A stretch of DNA of 64,000 nt from a virus (IMGVR_UViG_3300024187_000007:2131-66130); one strand, 5' to 3'; positions 23,850 to 34,608 are shown, counted from the first letter of the stretch. Numbers and translations are program-made. Notes: generated by a model from the sequence alone, not told the origin.

Positions 23850-25822
23850 TAGCGTGTCCTCGGCGCAGGCGGAATCTGGACATCACCCATCTGGGGTTTG
23901 TTCCCCCATAGGGTCGGATCGACGGAGGGGGTCTTGCCGGCGTTGGCGGCCTTGGCGGTCATATTCTGGCTGACCAGTCGGGTCAGGCCGGTGGCGATCT
24001 GCTGTTTAATCGTCGGGTCGGACTCTTCAAGGCCGCGGATCAGCAGGCCTCGGAGGTTCGGGTTGGTCATGATGCGGGCCAAGGCCCACGGGGCGATGAT
24101 GTAGGTGCCGGCGGCGGCCAAGGCTCCGGCCTCGCTGGCTTCCTTCTTGTCGCCACCCTGCTGGAGGACCGTGCCGGCCACGGCTCCGCCGACCATGCTG
24201 ACGGCCGCCGCCTGTCGCAGGTCGATGAAGAATTTGCCCGTCTGCCCCGGGACGCGGTGGGCCGCGGCCACAGCCTCGCTGAAGTCCTTGATCGGCTGGG
24301 CGCTGGTCTCGAACAGGGTCTGAAACGCGCCTTCGCCCATCTTCGAGATTTGGTCCTTCATGGTCTTCGCGGACAGCTCACCCACCGTGGCGTTGCCCGA
24401 GGACAGCTTGATGGAATTCTCGTAGAGCTTCTGGAGGGTCGCGGCTTGGAGTTCCTGCCAGCTCTGCGGCGGCAGGGCCTCTTTTACACGGCCCATCATC
24501 TCGGGGATCGCCTGACTGACGCGTGCGCCGTGGGGCACCATCTTGGGAAAGCTCTGCTCTGGGTTGAGGAGCATGTCGGCCAGCTGCTCGGGATGGACGC
24601 CACGCCGCAGCTTCGACATCAGCGGGTTGTCGTACTTCTCCATGACCTGCCGATAGGCCGATCCCAGCTGGTCATAGGCCGACGACCCAGCTTGGCCGAC
24701 CAGCTTCTGGATCCGGCCCAACGCGTTATCCGCGATCTTGTTGGCCTCGTAGGCTCCCTTCGCGTCACCGTCGGCGAGCGCGTCCCGGCCGCGTTCCAAG
24801 GCGTCCGATCGCATCTTATGCAGCTCAGCGACCGTCACACCGTCCTTCATCTCGTCTGTGATGGGATCCAGCGTTTGTTCTGCACGGCCGCCCCAGTTCT
24901 TGAGCCAGTCGCCATAGGCCTTCTGGACAGGCTTCTGCGCACGCTGAAACGTCTGAGACGCGACCTCACGGACATGCTGGGCCGACGAGTCGGACGGGAG
25001 GCCGAGACTGGGATGAATCTTGCCGGCGATCTCACGGACCCCGGCCGCCTCGACGCCTCGCTGGGCTTCGTGCTGGGCCGCGATCCGCGGCGAGCCGGTC
25101 ATACCACCGGCGATGTTGTACAGGAAGTCCAAGAGGGACGACTCAGTCATCTGATGCGGCATGGCGGTTTTGCCGTAGAGCTTCTCGACCGCCTGGCCGG
25201 CCTCCGACTGCAACGGCCGCATGCGGGGAGCCATCGGAATCATCTCGCCCGCGAAACCGCCGGCCCCGGCGGAGGTTACGCCGGATACGACGTTACTCGG
25301 CCGACGGCCACGGGCCAGATCCCACACGTCGGCCGCGGCCTCGCCCAGTGCGGCCCCGGTGGCGGCCCCCGCGGGCGCAGCCAAGCCAAAGGACTCGGGA
25401 CCGGCGACGGTCGCGCCGGCCACGGCCCCAATCGTAGGCAGGCTCGTGTGGGGATCTTGTGCGCCGGCCACGACGGACTTACCAACTTTCTTCAGGCCGC
25501 CGACAACGCCCGGGATCTTGGACTTCATCCAGTCGATCCCACTGGACAGGTCGCCAAACGGCGTATCCACGTTGATCGCCCGCTGGAGGATGCCCGAGGC
25601 TGGCGGCCGGTACGTCGAGGGATCGACCCCAGCTGCGTGCGATCCGTGCCAGTGGTTCCACAGGACCGTCTTCTGGTCCGGGGTCAGTGGCAGGCCGTCG
25701 ATGTTTTTTTGCAAGCTGCCGCTGTCCGTGGCCGTATGGTAGGCGTTCCACGTGCGGTCTTTGTCGGCCGGCGCGATGCCAAAGCCGTCAATCATCCCTT
25801 GCAGGTCCTGCGGATCAGGCAT
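23849..25822 (-). CDS. probable internal virion/DNA ejection protein
   Basis: 657 aa, Ala/Gly-rich helical, with amphipathic GAxAG segments; position after tail genes as in podoviruses. Confidence 0.6.
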   Translation of the reverse strand: MPDPQDLQGMIDGFGIAPADKDRTWNAYHTATDSGSLQKNIDGLPLTPDQKTVLWNHWHGSHAAGVDPSTYRPPASGILQRAINVDTPFGDLSSGIDWMKSKIPGVVGGLKKVGKSVVAGAQDPHTSLPTIGAVAGATVAGPESFGLAAPAGAATGAALGEAAADVWDLARGRRPSNVVSGVTSAGAGGFAGEMIPMAPRMRPLQSEAGQAVEKLYGKTAMPHQMTESSLLDFLYNIAGGMTGSPRIAAQHEAQRGVEAAGVREIAGKIHPSLGLPSDSSAQHVREVASQTFQRAQKPVQKAYGDWLKNWGGRAEQTLDPITDEMKDGVTVAELHKMRSDALERGRDALADGDAKGAYEANKIADNALGRIQKLVGQAGSSAYDQLGSAYRQVMEKYDNPLMSKLRRGVHPEQLADMLLNPEQSFPKMVPHGARVSQAIPEMMGRVKEALPPQSWQELQAATLQKLYENSIKLSSGNATVGELSAKTMKDQISKMGEGAFQTLFETSAQPIKDFSEAVAAAHRVPGQTGKFFIDLRQAAAVSMVGGAVAGTVLQQGGDKKEASEAGALAAAGTYIIAPWALARIMTNPNLRGLLIRGLEESDPTIKQQIATGLTRLVSQNMTAKAANAGKTPSVDPTLWGNKPQMGDVQIPPAPRTR

Positions 25823-25825
25823 GGG

Positions 25826-27685
25826 TTAGCGTCCTGCGGAGTTCGACCACCGAGGGGGCGGCGGGGCGACGGACTGTCCGGGGGTTGTCCCGCCCTGATA
25901 CGGCCGCGCCCGGTACGTGCTGTCCGCGGCGGTCACGGACTTCTTCATGTCATCCGAGATACGAAGTAGGCCCGTGAGCTTCTCCTTGAGCAGTTCAAGG
26001 CTGTCCCCCGGCTGGGCCGTGTGCATCTGGAGGATGTCGATCAGCTTCATGTTCGGTCGGCCACCCATAACGGTCTTCAAAGCATTGGCTTCGTTCGCGC
26101 CAACATTCTGGAACAGCTGGGCTTCGAGGTCGGAGGGCTTCCAGCCGTGGCTGTAGAACCACTTGTCGATGGTCTGGCCAATGGGGCTGGACATGTCCGT
26201 GCCCTGTTGTTCGAGTTGGTTGATGACGTCCAGGGCGCGTTTGGCTGTCGCTTCAACGACCCCGACAGATGTCAGGGTATTCGCCGCGCCTTCGCCGATG
26301 GGTTTCTGCGGTTCGTACTTGGTCGCCGGCACAGCCGTGGCGTTGGCCGCGTTGGGCCGCTGGCCCGGTGCGGGCGGCGGAGGCACGCCTTGACTGGTCG
26401 ATCCGGGACGGACCGTCAGGGGGACAACGGGGCCGCCCTGCCGGGGGATGCCGACGGGGACCGGCTGGTTGTTGTCCCCGAGGATCGTGGCCGTCCCACT
26501 GAACGCCGGTGGCGGCGTATACGGCTTGGCCAAGTCGGTATTGCCGGTCGTGTCGCTGATCGGGGCCGACGCGTTCCCGCCCACCTTGCTGACGACCCGC
26601 GCGACCCCGTTTCGGTCGACCACAATCTGGTTGGCCGAGGGGTCGACTTGGTTGTACTCGGGGCCGAGCACCTGGCCGGTCTGCGGGTGGACGTGCTGGA
26701 AGTTCCCGTAGTTGTCCTTCTGCAGGATCGACTTGAAGGCCTTCTGATCGGGGCCGACGTACCACGGACCTTCGCCCGAGGACATGCCGCCTTGAAAGCC
26801 TGTGAGCTTGCGCGCCACGGCCAAAGTCGCCATGTGGGGATCCATACCGGCCGCGACCAACGCGTCGAAGTCGGCCTTCGCTTGGTAGGGGATGGACTGG
26901 GTGTCGGCCGAGGCCTTCATCTGGGCCATCTGGTCCGGGTTGAAGAACGCCGACGGCGATCCCTTGGACTGTGCCATGATCTGGGCCGCGTTCGGTGGCG
27001 TCGGCAGCACAGGGCCATTGGCCTGCAGACTAGACGCGACACCTGACGCGGCGCTGGCCATGTGTCCGGTCCCGGGCGGACTGGGGACCGGTCCCTGCGG
27101 CGCGGGAGCAACTGCTGGCGTCGCCGAGTTGGCCTGCCCAGAGATCGGCGTGTCCGGATTCTTCGCGTGGAACGCCGACACGTAGGACGTCTGATCGCCC
27201 AGTGGCGGAATCGATCCGTCCGGTGGGGCCGTCATGGGGGGCGGTGCGACGGCCGGCGCGGGCGCACCTTGGGACGCCCCGGGCTGACCACTGACCGACT
27301 GGGCCAGATGGGTGCGGAGATCTTGGGACGTGCCCGTGCGGGCCTGATCGAAGGCTGCCTGATCTTGGAAGACCGGGATCGACCCGGAGGCCAGCTGGTC
27401 GAGGATTTCGGAGTGGTACGGCCCCGTCTCGGTCTGGCCGAGGAAGCCTTTGATGCCTGACTTCGGCTTGCGCTGCGCGCCCATGCCGGCATGCACCTTG
27501 AGCGTATCCTGCAGAACACGCTGGTACATCTCGGGCGTCGTCCGCGGGTCGTCCCGGAGCTGCTGCAGGATCTGCAGGTTTTGCGTAAACTCGCGATCCT
27601 CGCGGGCACGCTGCTCGGTGCGTTGCTTGGCGACCTCTCCGGCGAGGCCTTCTTCAAGGCCTGACAGGAGTCCAGGAATCGGCAT
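25826..27685 (-). CDS. probable internal virion/DNA ejection protein
   Basis: 619 aa, Pro/Gln/Ala-rich; position. Confidence 0.55.
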   Translation of the reverse strand: MPIPGLLSGLEEGLAGEVAKQRTEQRAREDREFTQNLQILQQLRDDPRTTPEMYQRVLQDTLKVHAGMGAQRKPKSGIKGFLGQTETGPYHSEILDQLASGSIPVFQDQAAFDQARTGTSQDLRTHLAQSVSGQPGASQGAPAPAVAPPPMTAPPDGSIPPLGDQTSYVSAFHAKNPDTPISGQANSATPAVAPAPQGPVPSPPGTGHMASAASGVASSLQANGPVLPTPPNAAQIMAQSKGSPSAFFNPDQMAQMKASADTQSIPYQAKADFDALVAAGMDPHMATLAVARKLTGFQGGMSSGEGPWYVGPDQKAFKSILQKDNYGNFQHVHPQTGQVLGPEYNQVDPSANQIVVDRNGVARVVSKVGGNASAPISDTTGNTDLAKPYTPPPAFSGTATILGDNNQPVPVGIPRQGGPVVPLTVRPGSTSQGVPPPPAPGQRPNAANATAVPATKYEPQKPIGEGAANTLTSVGVVEATAKRALDVINQLEQQGTDMSSPIGQTIDKWFYSHGWKPSDLEAQLFQNVGANEANALKTVMGGRPNMKLIDILQMHTAQPGDSLELLKEKLTGLLRISDDMKKSVTAADSTYRARPYQGGTTPGQSVAPPPPRWSNSAGR

Positions 27686-27687
27686 GA

Positions 27688-28395
27688 TTAACCCATCTCC
27701 GGGTTCCAGCCACCAGAGGTGTTGGTCCCGCCTTTATTCACTTGATCGCCCTTGCGGAAACTCGCCCATGCGTTCAGGGTCGGCATGATCAGGCCGGCGA
27801 GGCTCGCGCCCGTCTGCTTGTTTCGGTCGTACTGGGTATTGGCGATGTCCGTGGTCTGCTTGAGGGCGTTGGCGTAGATGCTGCCCGCGCCGGTCAGGCC
27901 TTGGAGCGCCTGTCCCGCGAAGCCCATGCCCTGTGCGCCCATGTTGCCAAGAGCGTTCGCCGCCTGAGGACGCAAGCCGACCGTGAGCTGCCCGAGCTGG
28001 CCACCCGTCTGCCGGGCCAAGTCGGCTTGGGCTTGGACCTTCTGCCCACCGGTCACGCCCAGCCGTTCGAGGTTCATGGTTGCGCCCTTGGCCGCGTCCG
28101 TGATCCCGGCGGCCTCCGGGGCGACCGCTTGCTGCATCGCGCCGCGGTTGCCGTTGAGCAGGGTGCTGTAGTAGCCCATGGCTCGGCCGAAGGCCGGAGC
28201 CGAGTACTGGGCCTGCTTCTGAAGGTACTTGGAGAGGGACGTCGCTTGATCGGCCGAGCGCGTCTGGGACTGCATTAAGGCTGTCTGGTCCGCGGACAGA
28301 CTCTGCCCGCCGGCCGCCTTCGGCCCGGAGTCACGCGATCCGAAGAGTGCGCCAATGCCAGAGGCAATGACTGGAGCAAACGGAGCAACCGGCAT
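27688..28395 (-). CDS. probable DNA pilot/ejection protein
   Basis: N-terminal IASGIGALFG amphipathic segment and Gln/Ala/Gly-rich body, typical of P22 gp7-like proteins. Confidence 0.6.
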   Translation of the reverse strand: MPVAPFAPVIASGIGALFGSRDSGPKAAGGQSLSADQTALMQSQTRSADQATSLSKYLQKQAQYSAPAFGRAMGYYSTLLNGNRGAMQQAVAPEAAGITDAAKGATMNLERLGVTGGQKVQAQADLARQTGGQLGQLTVGLRPQAANALGNMGAQGMGFAGQALQGLTGAGSIYANALKQTTDIANTQYDRNKQTGASLAGLIMPTLNAWASFRKGDQVNKGGTNTSGGWNPEMG

Positions 28396-28396
28396 G

Positions 28397-28762
28397 TTAC
28401 GCCTTCTGAGGAATGGGCAAGGTAAAGGCCCGGCCGGGGATAGGTGTCCCGCCCAGGCGGACCAAGAATGCGTCGACGTGGGCGGCCGGTGCATGAGTCA
28501 GGACGGAGGTGACACCAGCGGCCCCGAGATGCCCGAACATAGTCGAGAGCAGCAACTTGACGACGGCGGCCTTGCCCTGATGATCCGGGTGGACCCAAAA
28601 GCCTTCAAGATGGGGCAGGGCGACTACGGCCCATGTGCCGATGATCTGGCCGTCCCCGTCTTCCACGACCAGCAGTTGGCCCATCTCGGCCGGTTGGAGG
28701 TCCGCCCACGGAGTGCCGGCCAGTTTGGTCCATTCGTCCCGAGGCAGGAAGCGTACCGTCAT
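28397..28762 (-). CDS. GNAT-fold acetyltransferase-like protein
   Basis: LVVEDGDGQIIG, LEGFWVHPDHQGK, FLVRLG. Confidence 0.7.
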   Translation of the reverse strand: MTVRFLPRDEWTKLAGTPWADLQPAEMGQLLVVEDGDGQIIGTWAVVALPHLEGFWVHPDHQGKAAVVKLLLSTMFGHLGAAGVTSVLTHAPAAHVDAFLVRLGGTPIPGRAFTLPIPQKA

Positions 28763-28795
28763 GGCCCGAGCTTAGCAGACACGGCGTGCAGGGGT

Positions 28796-29092
28796 CTAGG
28801 GCTTGGGCTGGGCGAAGGCCGCGGTCAGCTGGGCGATCTGCTTGTCGAGGTAGGCTTTGGTGACCGCGTCCTGTTTGTCCACGGGGTCGGCCAGATTCTG
28901 CACCTTGTTCCCGTTGGCGTCCATGTGGGTGGCCAGCGGCTGAGTCACTTGGCCGATGTTCGGGGCTTGGTTGTTCAGGTTGCCGGTCTGGTCGAGAATC
29001 AGCTTGAACAATTGACGCACATGCGGATCCTTGATCTTGCTCAGGAACGCATACTGGTTCGCCTGTTGGGTTGTGATCGAGGGTGTCGCCAT
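28796..29092 (-). CDS. small tail/fibre-associated protein
   Basis: NKVQNLADPVDKQDAVTKAYLD fibre-neck-type motif. Confidence 0.55.
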   Translation of the reverse strand: MATPSITTQQANQYAFLSKIKDPHVRQLFKLILDQTGNLNNQAPNIGQVTQPLATHMDANGNKVQNLADPVDKQDAVTKAYLDKQIAQLTAAFAQPKP

Positions 29093-29101
29093 AGGGTGTC
29101 C

Positions 29102-32100
29102 TTAGAGGACGGCCGACCCGCCGCCGCTGCGGGCGGCCATTAGGCCGGAGTGGTGCATGCCTCTGGGCGTCATGTCGTCATTGCCGAAAGGCTGCAGGAG
29201 CTTCGTCTTGTCCGCACCCCACTCGCGGACGTAGAGCAGCGACTCCTCCCGGTAGAGCCAGAAGGCCGAGGCCGCCGTCCAGACGAACTTATAGAGCGTG
29301 CCCTTGTTCGCCGAGAAGGGGACATAGACCTTCTGCTTGGCCCCGCCGGTGGACGGAATGGTGTTGACCAACGTCGTCAACAGCGTGCCGTTCTGGCCGT
29401 AGACCGAAGTCGTCAATGTGACCGTCGCATTGGACTTGATCGTGACCCACGCGGCGGGACAGATCTTCCAGCCGGGCGTTTCCAGATCCAGCTCTTGGGT
29501 CTCCCACCGGGACAGAGCCAGCGGTTCCTCGTCGAAGATCCACTCCATGGAGTAGAGCCGGCCTGGATTGCTGTCGGTCGGGATCATGCGAAGGACGCGG
29601 CCGAGAGACTGAGCAAAGCTCACCTCCACGACCTTCCGACCGGTCGTGTTGACGGTCGTCGTGTTGACCACGACGCCGTCGACCTCGAAGGTGACCGTCT
29701 TGTTGGCCCCAAAGGTGTCGCATTCCAGCAGCGCCCCTTTGATCCACTTGTCCGAGAGGGTGCCCCCAATGGTGTAGTTCTGATTCCAGTTGGTCTGCAG
29801 ACCCGGCTCGGGATCGGACATCCACGTCCAGCTGTAGAGCAGACCGGGGTTGTCATCGGTGGCCCTGAAGCGAAACACCGATCCGCGGCCCGGCGGCTGC
29901 AGCGTCAGCTGCACCAGCTGGCGGCCAGAGGTCGTGACCGTCTGCGTCGAGACCAACGCTTGGTCGACATAGATCTCGATGGTCTTGGCCAAGCCGAAGG
30001 TGTCGCACTCGATGTTCAGCCCGGTGTAGTAGGCGTTCTGCTTGTTCTCGTAGTTGGAGTCCCAGCGGGTGATCCGCGGCGGCTCGGCTTGGGCGATCCA
30101 GCGGTAGTTGTACAGCTCCCACGGGGCACAGGTGCCTTCGGGCCGCAGCCGGACCATGTTGGCTTTAACCACGGGCCAGCTGAGCCACCACTTGTGACGG
30201 CCGGTGACGCCCGTCGGGTTGATCGTGAAGGGCGACCCGGTGGGTTCGCTGATCACGCCGTTGAGATCGTACTCGATGTGGACCAAGCGGCTGGCACTGC
30301 CGGTGTTGCAGTCGATCCAGACACCCGTCAGGTAGGTCTCGGCCTCGCCGGGGGTGTCCCATGCCGTCACGCGGTTCATAGTCACGTTGGGCTGTGGAAT
30401 GATGCTGATGCCGACCAGCTCAATGACTGGGCTGATCGCGGCCGATCCGGACCACGCCAAGTCAATGGAGATGTTGCGTCCCTGCTGGGGACCGTCTGTG
30501 GACGTGCCGAAGGCGTCAAAAATGAAGCGTTTGCGGCCAGCCAGCCCGACGACACTCTGCGAGCCGTCGGTGATGGTCTCGTTGTTCAAGAAGGCGGTCA
30601 GCGTCAACGTCGTGTTCTGCATGTCGGCATCCACGATGATGTCGCCGAACTCGGTGTTGCCTCGGGTGTAGCCAAAGTCCATCGCCCCGGTCCGCACTTG
30701 ACAGGCAATGGCCGTGCCGTTGTCGGACTGACCACTGTGCGTGTAGGTTGCACTGGCTGATCCGATCAGGAGCTGGAGGCCGGCGTCACCTTGGGTCAGG
30801 TCCGCGTAGACACACGACGGCAGATTGGCGAAGCTCACCTGCCGCCAGTAGTGGTAGATGGTCGAGTAGACCTGACAAATCAGGGTGCCGGCCGTGTCCT
30901 TGTAGATAAACCAGACGTCGTTATTGAAGGCCGCCAGCCGGATCGCCGACGGCTGCGTGAAGTCAATGGGGTTCAGGCCGTTCTTGGCCTGCCCGTTGAA
31001 CAGCGGGCGCAGCTGGTCCGAGACGATCACGGACTCGCCCCCCTTGGTCGCACGGACACCATCTTTGGCGACGTAGTAGACGCCGTCCGGGCCGACGCAC
31101 AGGCCCCAGTAGCTGGCCATGCCGGGCACACAGTCCGTGGGCGTGGCGACAAACCCGTTGGCGACACCGGCGAGATTGGTCGAGAGCAGGTAGCCGCGCT
31201 CCCGGCTGAAGACAAACGCTTGGCCGCCAAACACGGCCCCATTCATCAGCTCCTCGCTGGGCGCACAGACCTCCACCCAGTTGGCCGAGGGCCAGCTGTC
31301 CGGGACGCCGGGCTTACACCAGTAGACGGCTCCGGGCCGATAAGGGTCGCCACAGCCGAGCACCATGGCCGAGACGGGTCCCCAGATGGTCCGCAGCGGC
31401 TGGTTGTAGACGGCGTTGCCCGAGGCGTCGACGGTTGTCACTGGCTGGTCATTGTCGATCTCGACGGCTCCAGCGGCTTCGATGGTCGCGTCCGTGTTCT
31501 TGGCAATGGCCGGACTGACCGTCAGGTCAATGCCGTCGATGAAGTCACCGCCGTCTGAGGTGTTCGCCCCGCAAAAGAACCAGTCGTTGGTCAGCGTGCC
31601 GCCACGACGGTAGACCCGCTGGCGGATGGCCGGATCACCGTAGGCGGCCACTTGGACAAGGATTGGCTGCCGGTTTGAGTCGAGCTTGGCCGCATCGGCC
31701 TGCACATCCGAGGGATTCGACTCGGCCCCCGTCCGCGGATCGTAGTTGGTGGCCCGGTAGTCGAACGGGCTGTCCCCCGGCTCGGCGGAGTCGATCCCCG
31801 CGCCGCCTGTCAGGTAGATCTGCTGGAACTGGACATCGGTCGACACTTTGTCCGTCATCTGGATCGTGATGATGATGCCAGAGACCGTGTTCCAGTCGAG
31901 GGTCTCGTCCGCGCCAATGCGGGTGAAGTCTGAGCGTCGGCAGGGCAGGCCGATGGTGCCATAGGTCGAGCGGGCCTGTGCACCCAAGCTCATCGCCAGT
32001 GAGGGGAACGGTCCTGTGTCCTGCCCCGGCGCAGTCGATCCGTCGGCGTTGGCCGTGGCGAACTCGTCGATCAGCTGGTTCGTCCGGACCAAGTCGTTGA

Positions 32101-33049
32101 CGTCGATAGCCGTATTGCCGGCAAGGCTCACGAACCCTTGGAAGTCATTCGGCCGGAAGGCCTTAACGAACGCGTCGGTGTTCTTGGCAATGTCCGTGCC
32201 GGGGATGGTTCCTGCGGTGAACACCGACGTGCAGACCAGATAGAGGCGAATCTCGGCGATCTGGCCGGGATCGTTGGCCCACAAGCGCAGATGGAGTTCG
32301 TCGTCGTCCGTCGCCGTGACCGTGCCGCCGGCCAAGAGGCTCAGATTCACGGCCTTGGGCAGACTCATGATGGACGAGTAGCCGGTGGCCGCGGCTCCGG
32401 GGTGCGTCGTGAACACGACGGCCAGTCCGGAGGGATCGTCCGATGCTGTCGGAGGATCGGCGGCCACAGGTGGCGTCGACGTGTCCTCGCCGGCAGTCAT
32501 GGTCCACGCGGCGGCGTTGGTCCCGTCGCTGGCCGAGCAGGACGCGATCATCGTCAGGTACGTGTCGTAGATGGACGTCGTAGGAGTCGTCGGTTTCGGC
32601 AGGCCGATGGGCAGACGCGCGTCGGTCCGGTTGACCTTGGACATCCGCAAGCTGTCGGCGATGTACATGTAGCTCTGGCCAGAGAGCGGTGGCCGAAACG
32701 GGATCATGGTCAGGGGATTGCCCGAGTAACCGGTGTCGATGTTGTTCAACGCCCCTGACTGGCCACGTTGGAGGGTTGTCCCCACGCCGAACAGGCGCGT
32801 GAAGGTGGCGGCCTGTGGATCGTTGAGCCGCGCCATCGAGTGGTGGGTGCCCGCCGCGGTGGCCAAACTGGTCTGCCCCGGCCGCGTGAACAACTGGCCG
32901 CCCAACACGGGCACGACGTTCACCAGCCGCGAGGCTTCGGTCAGGCTCAGGACGTCCAGTGACTTCTTGATGTTCAGGCCGTCTTGACCAAGACGCAAAA
33001 TGACCGTATCAAACGGCGTGGCGTTGGCGCTAGGGGATTCAGAGGGCAT
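29102..33049 (-). CDS. tail hub/stabilisation protein (P22 gp10 / T7 tubular protein B-like), 1315 aa
   Basis: Beta-propeller-like WD/WS repeats, FDYRATNYDPRTGAESNPS Ig-like insert; position after the adaptors. Confidence 0.65.
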   Translation of the reverse strand: MPSESPSANATPFDTVILRLGQDGLNIKKSLDVLSLTEASRLVNVVPVLGGQLFTRPGQTSLATAAGTHHSMARLNDPQAATFTRLFGVGTTLQRGQSGALNNIDTGYSGNPLTMIPFRPPLSGQSYMYIADSLRMSKVNRTDARLPIGLPKPTTPTTSIYDTYLTMIASCSASDGTNAAAWTMTAGEDTSTPPVAADPPTASDDPSGLAVVFTTHPGAAATGYSSIMSLPKAVNLSLLAGGTVTATDDDELHLRLWANDPGQIAEIRLYLVCTSVFTAGTIPGTDIAKNTDAFVKAFRPNDFQGFVSLAGNTAIDVNDLVRTNQLIDEFATANADGSTAPGQDTGPFPSLAMSLGAQARSTYGTIGLPCRRSDFTRIGADETLDWNTVSGIIITIQMTDKVSTDVQFQQIYLTGGAGIDSAEPGDSPFDYRATNYDPRTGAESNPSDVQADAAKLDSNRQPILVQVAAYGDPAIRQRVYRRGGTLTNDWFFCGANTSDGGDFIDGIDLTVSPAIAKNTDATIEAAGAVEIDNDQPVTTVDASGNAVYNQPLRTIWGPVSAMVLGCGDPYRPGAVYWCKPGVPDSWPSANWVEVCAPSEELMNGAVFGGQAFVFSRERGYLLSTNLAGVANGFVATPTDCVPGMASYWGLCVGPDGVYYVAKDGVRATKGGESVIVSDQLRPLFNGQAKNGLNPIDFTQPSAIRLAAFNNDVWFIYKDTAGTLICQVYSTIYHYWRQVSFANLPSCVYADLTQGDAGLQLLIGSASATYTHSGQSDNGTAIACQVRTGAMDFGYTRGNTEFGDIIVDADMQNTTLTLTAFLNNETITDGSQSVVGLAGRKRFIFDAFGTSTDGPQQGRNISIDLAWSGSAAISPVIELVGISIIPQPNVTMNRVTAWDTPGEAETYLTGVWIDCNTGSASRLVHIEYDLNGVISEPTGSPFTINPTGVTGRHKWWLSWPVVKANMVRLRPEGTCAPWELYNYRWIAQAEPPRITRWDSNYENKQNAYYTGLNIECDTFGLAKTIEIYVDQALVSTQTVTTSGRQLVQLTLQPPGRGSVFRFRATDDNPGLLYSWTWMSDPEPGLQTNWNQNYTIGGTLSDKWIKGALLECDTFGANKTVTFEVDGVVVNTTTVNTTGRKVVEVSFAQSLGRVLRMIPTDSNPGRLYSMEWIFDEEPLALSRWETQELDLETPGWKICPAAWVTIKSNATVTLTTSVYGQNGTLLTTLVNTIPSTGGAKQKVYVPFSANKGTLYKFVWTAASAFWLYREESLLYVREWGADKTKLLQPFGNDDMTPRGMHHSGLMAARSGGGSAVL

Positions 33050-33052
33050 ATG

Positions 33053-33694
33053 TTACCACGCGCCGCTGACCCAACTACGGGCCAGTTCGACGCCTTCTTC
33101 AAAGCGCATCTCGCAGTAGGCGGCTCGGGGGACGTCCGCCAGCCGGCCGAGCTTGGTCAACATGTCGGCGATGACCCCGTACTTCAGGTATGGAATGAAC
33201 TCGTCCGGTGTGTTGAAGATCTCGCCCGAGCCGTCCAAGGTGTTGCCGAGGCTCACGTAGTACAAGCTGATTGTGCCCGGGCCGGTGGGTGCAGGAGCCA
33301 ACTGGAGCGCCAACGTGGGTGTCTCGCTGTCCATGTAGACCGTTGGCCGTGTAGCTGTCGCCGTGGCCCAAAGGGGTAAACCATTGTCCGCGGACCAACT
33401 GTCGGCCCTGGGCAGGTTCACGTAGGTCGAGCCTGACCCCAACCAGCTGGCCCGGACAGTCGCCACCCAGTCAACCGGCAGGGCCGGCCGTAGCTGTGCC
33501 GCGGTAACGGCAATTTGTGCCCAACTGATCAACAACTGGGATTCCTTCAAGAAGCGGTCCTGCCGCTGGTTGATGTACTGCAGGACCTCAGCTTGCGTCC
33601 ACATGGTGGAGGTCCACGTGACACCCCCGTCGATCGTCGGCTCCAAGAGGGCCGCTTGGATCTCGGACATCAGGGCTTGATCCGTGTAGGCCAT
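33053..33694 (-). CDS. head-tail adaptor/ring protein paralogue
   Basis: WTQAEVLQYINQRQ...IPYLKYGVIA pattern shared with neighbours. Confidence 0.65.
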   Translation of the reverse strand: MAYTDQALMSEIQAALLEPTIDGGVTWTSTMWTQAEVLQYINQRQDRFLKESQLLISWAQIAVTAAQLRPALPVDWVATVRASWLGSGSTYVNLPRADSWSADNGLPLWATATATRPTVYMDSETPTLALQLAPAPTGPGTISLYYVSLGNTLDGSGEIFNTPDEFIPYLKYGVIADMLTKLGRLADVPRAAYCEMRFEEGVELARSWVSGAW

Positions 33695-34398
33695 TAGAGA
33701 CGCTGTCCCGGCGTGGCCCGAGGGCCGGCCCGCAGCGGCAGCGCCTCACGGCCCTCGTCAATATTCAGCACACGCCGATACAAGCTGGAGGCCTTGAACT
33801 GCGCGTTGCGCTCGCCGGCGGCCGTGATCCACGACTTGTACAGGGGCATGGTCGACTCGAAGATCTCGCCCCCGAGTTTGAAGGCCGCCGCGTGGAGCGC
33901 GTAGCCCAGCAGCTGGTTGTGTTCCTCTTGGCCAAGGTCGACGAAGTCCCCCGGGTTGACCAGCACCGGGGTCTGCGCCATGCCGTCAATGGTCAGCGTG
34001 ACGCCCGGTGTGGAGGCCGGCCAGATGACGACCAGATCGATGGACACGGGTGCCCACATCTTGACCGTCGACGGACATCCCGTGGTCGTGGTCGTTTCGC
34101 CTTCCCAACTGGGCCGGCCACAGTCCAGCCCGATCAGGCTCGATGGGGCGACCACGGTGCCGTCTGGGAGCTGAAATCGGCTCTTGTAGGCCAAGACCCC
34201 GGGGATGGGAACGTAGTTGTCCCCGGGGGGTGCGTCGACCGTGGTCCGTTGCCGCCAATACCCCGTGATCGAGTTCCACATGTGCAGGCCCTCGTTCAGG
34301 GCCGTGCGTGCCTCCTCGTCAGACCAAAAGGGGACGTTGTCCCACTTGACCTTCAGTTCGGCTTGGAGCGTGGCGAGCGTGACTTGAGCAAAGGCCAC
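33694..34398 (-). CDS. head-tail adaptor/ring protein paralogue
   Basis: TLATLQAEL...WSDEEARTALNEG...HNQLLGYALH. Confidence 0.65.
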   Translation of the reverse strand: MAFAQVTLATLQAELKVKWDNVPFWSDEEARTALNEGLHMWNSITGYWRQRTTVDAPPGDNYVPIPGVLAYKSRFQLPDGTVVAPSSLIGLDCGRPSWEGETTTTTGCPSTVKMWAPVSIDLVVIWPASTPGVTLTIDGMAQTPVLVNPGDFVDLGQEEHNQLLGYALHAAAFKLGGEIFESTMPLYKSWITAAGERNAQFKASSLYRRVLNIDEGREALPLRAGPRATPGQRL

Positions 34399-34401
34399 AG
34401 G

Positions 34402-34608
34402 TTACTTCTTGGGCGGCTCCGGCGGTGGAACGACCAGCTTGCCCTGTTGGATGTTGTAGTTGATGACCTGCACGACGGCCCCAAGGAGCTGGTCCTTGGC
34501 CACGGACTCGGCATGGGCCGCGCGGATCTTGTTGAACCCAAACCAGAAGCCGACGGTCAGGACGATGCAAACCACGGCCGGCAGGATGTACAGTTTCACA
34601 ACACGCAT
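34402..34608 (-). CDS. small membrane-anchored protein
   Basis: N-terminal hydrophobic segment, Pro/Lys tail; preceded by TGG-TAGAAT on the - strand (34622-34630). Confidence 0.55.
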   Translation of the reverse strand: MRVVKLYILPAVVCIVLTVGFWFGFNKIRAAHAESVAKDQLLGAVVQVINYNIQQGKLVVPPPEPPKK

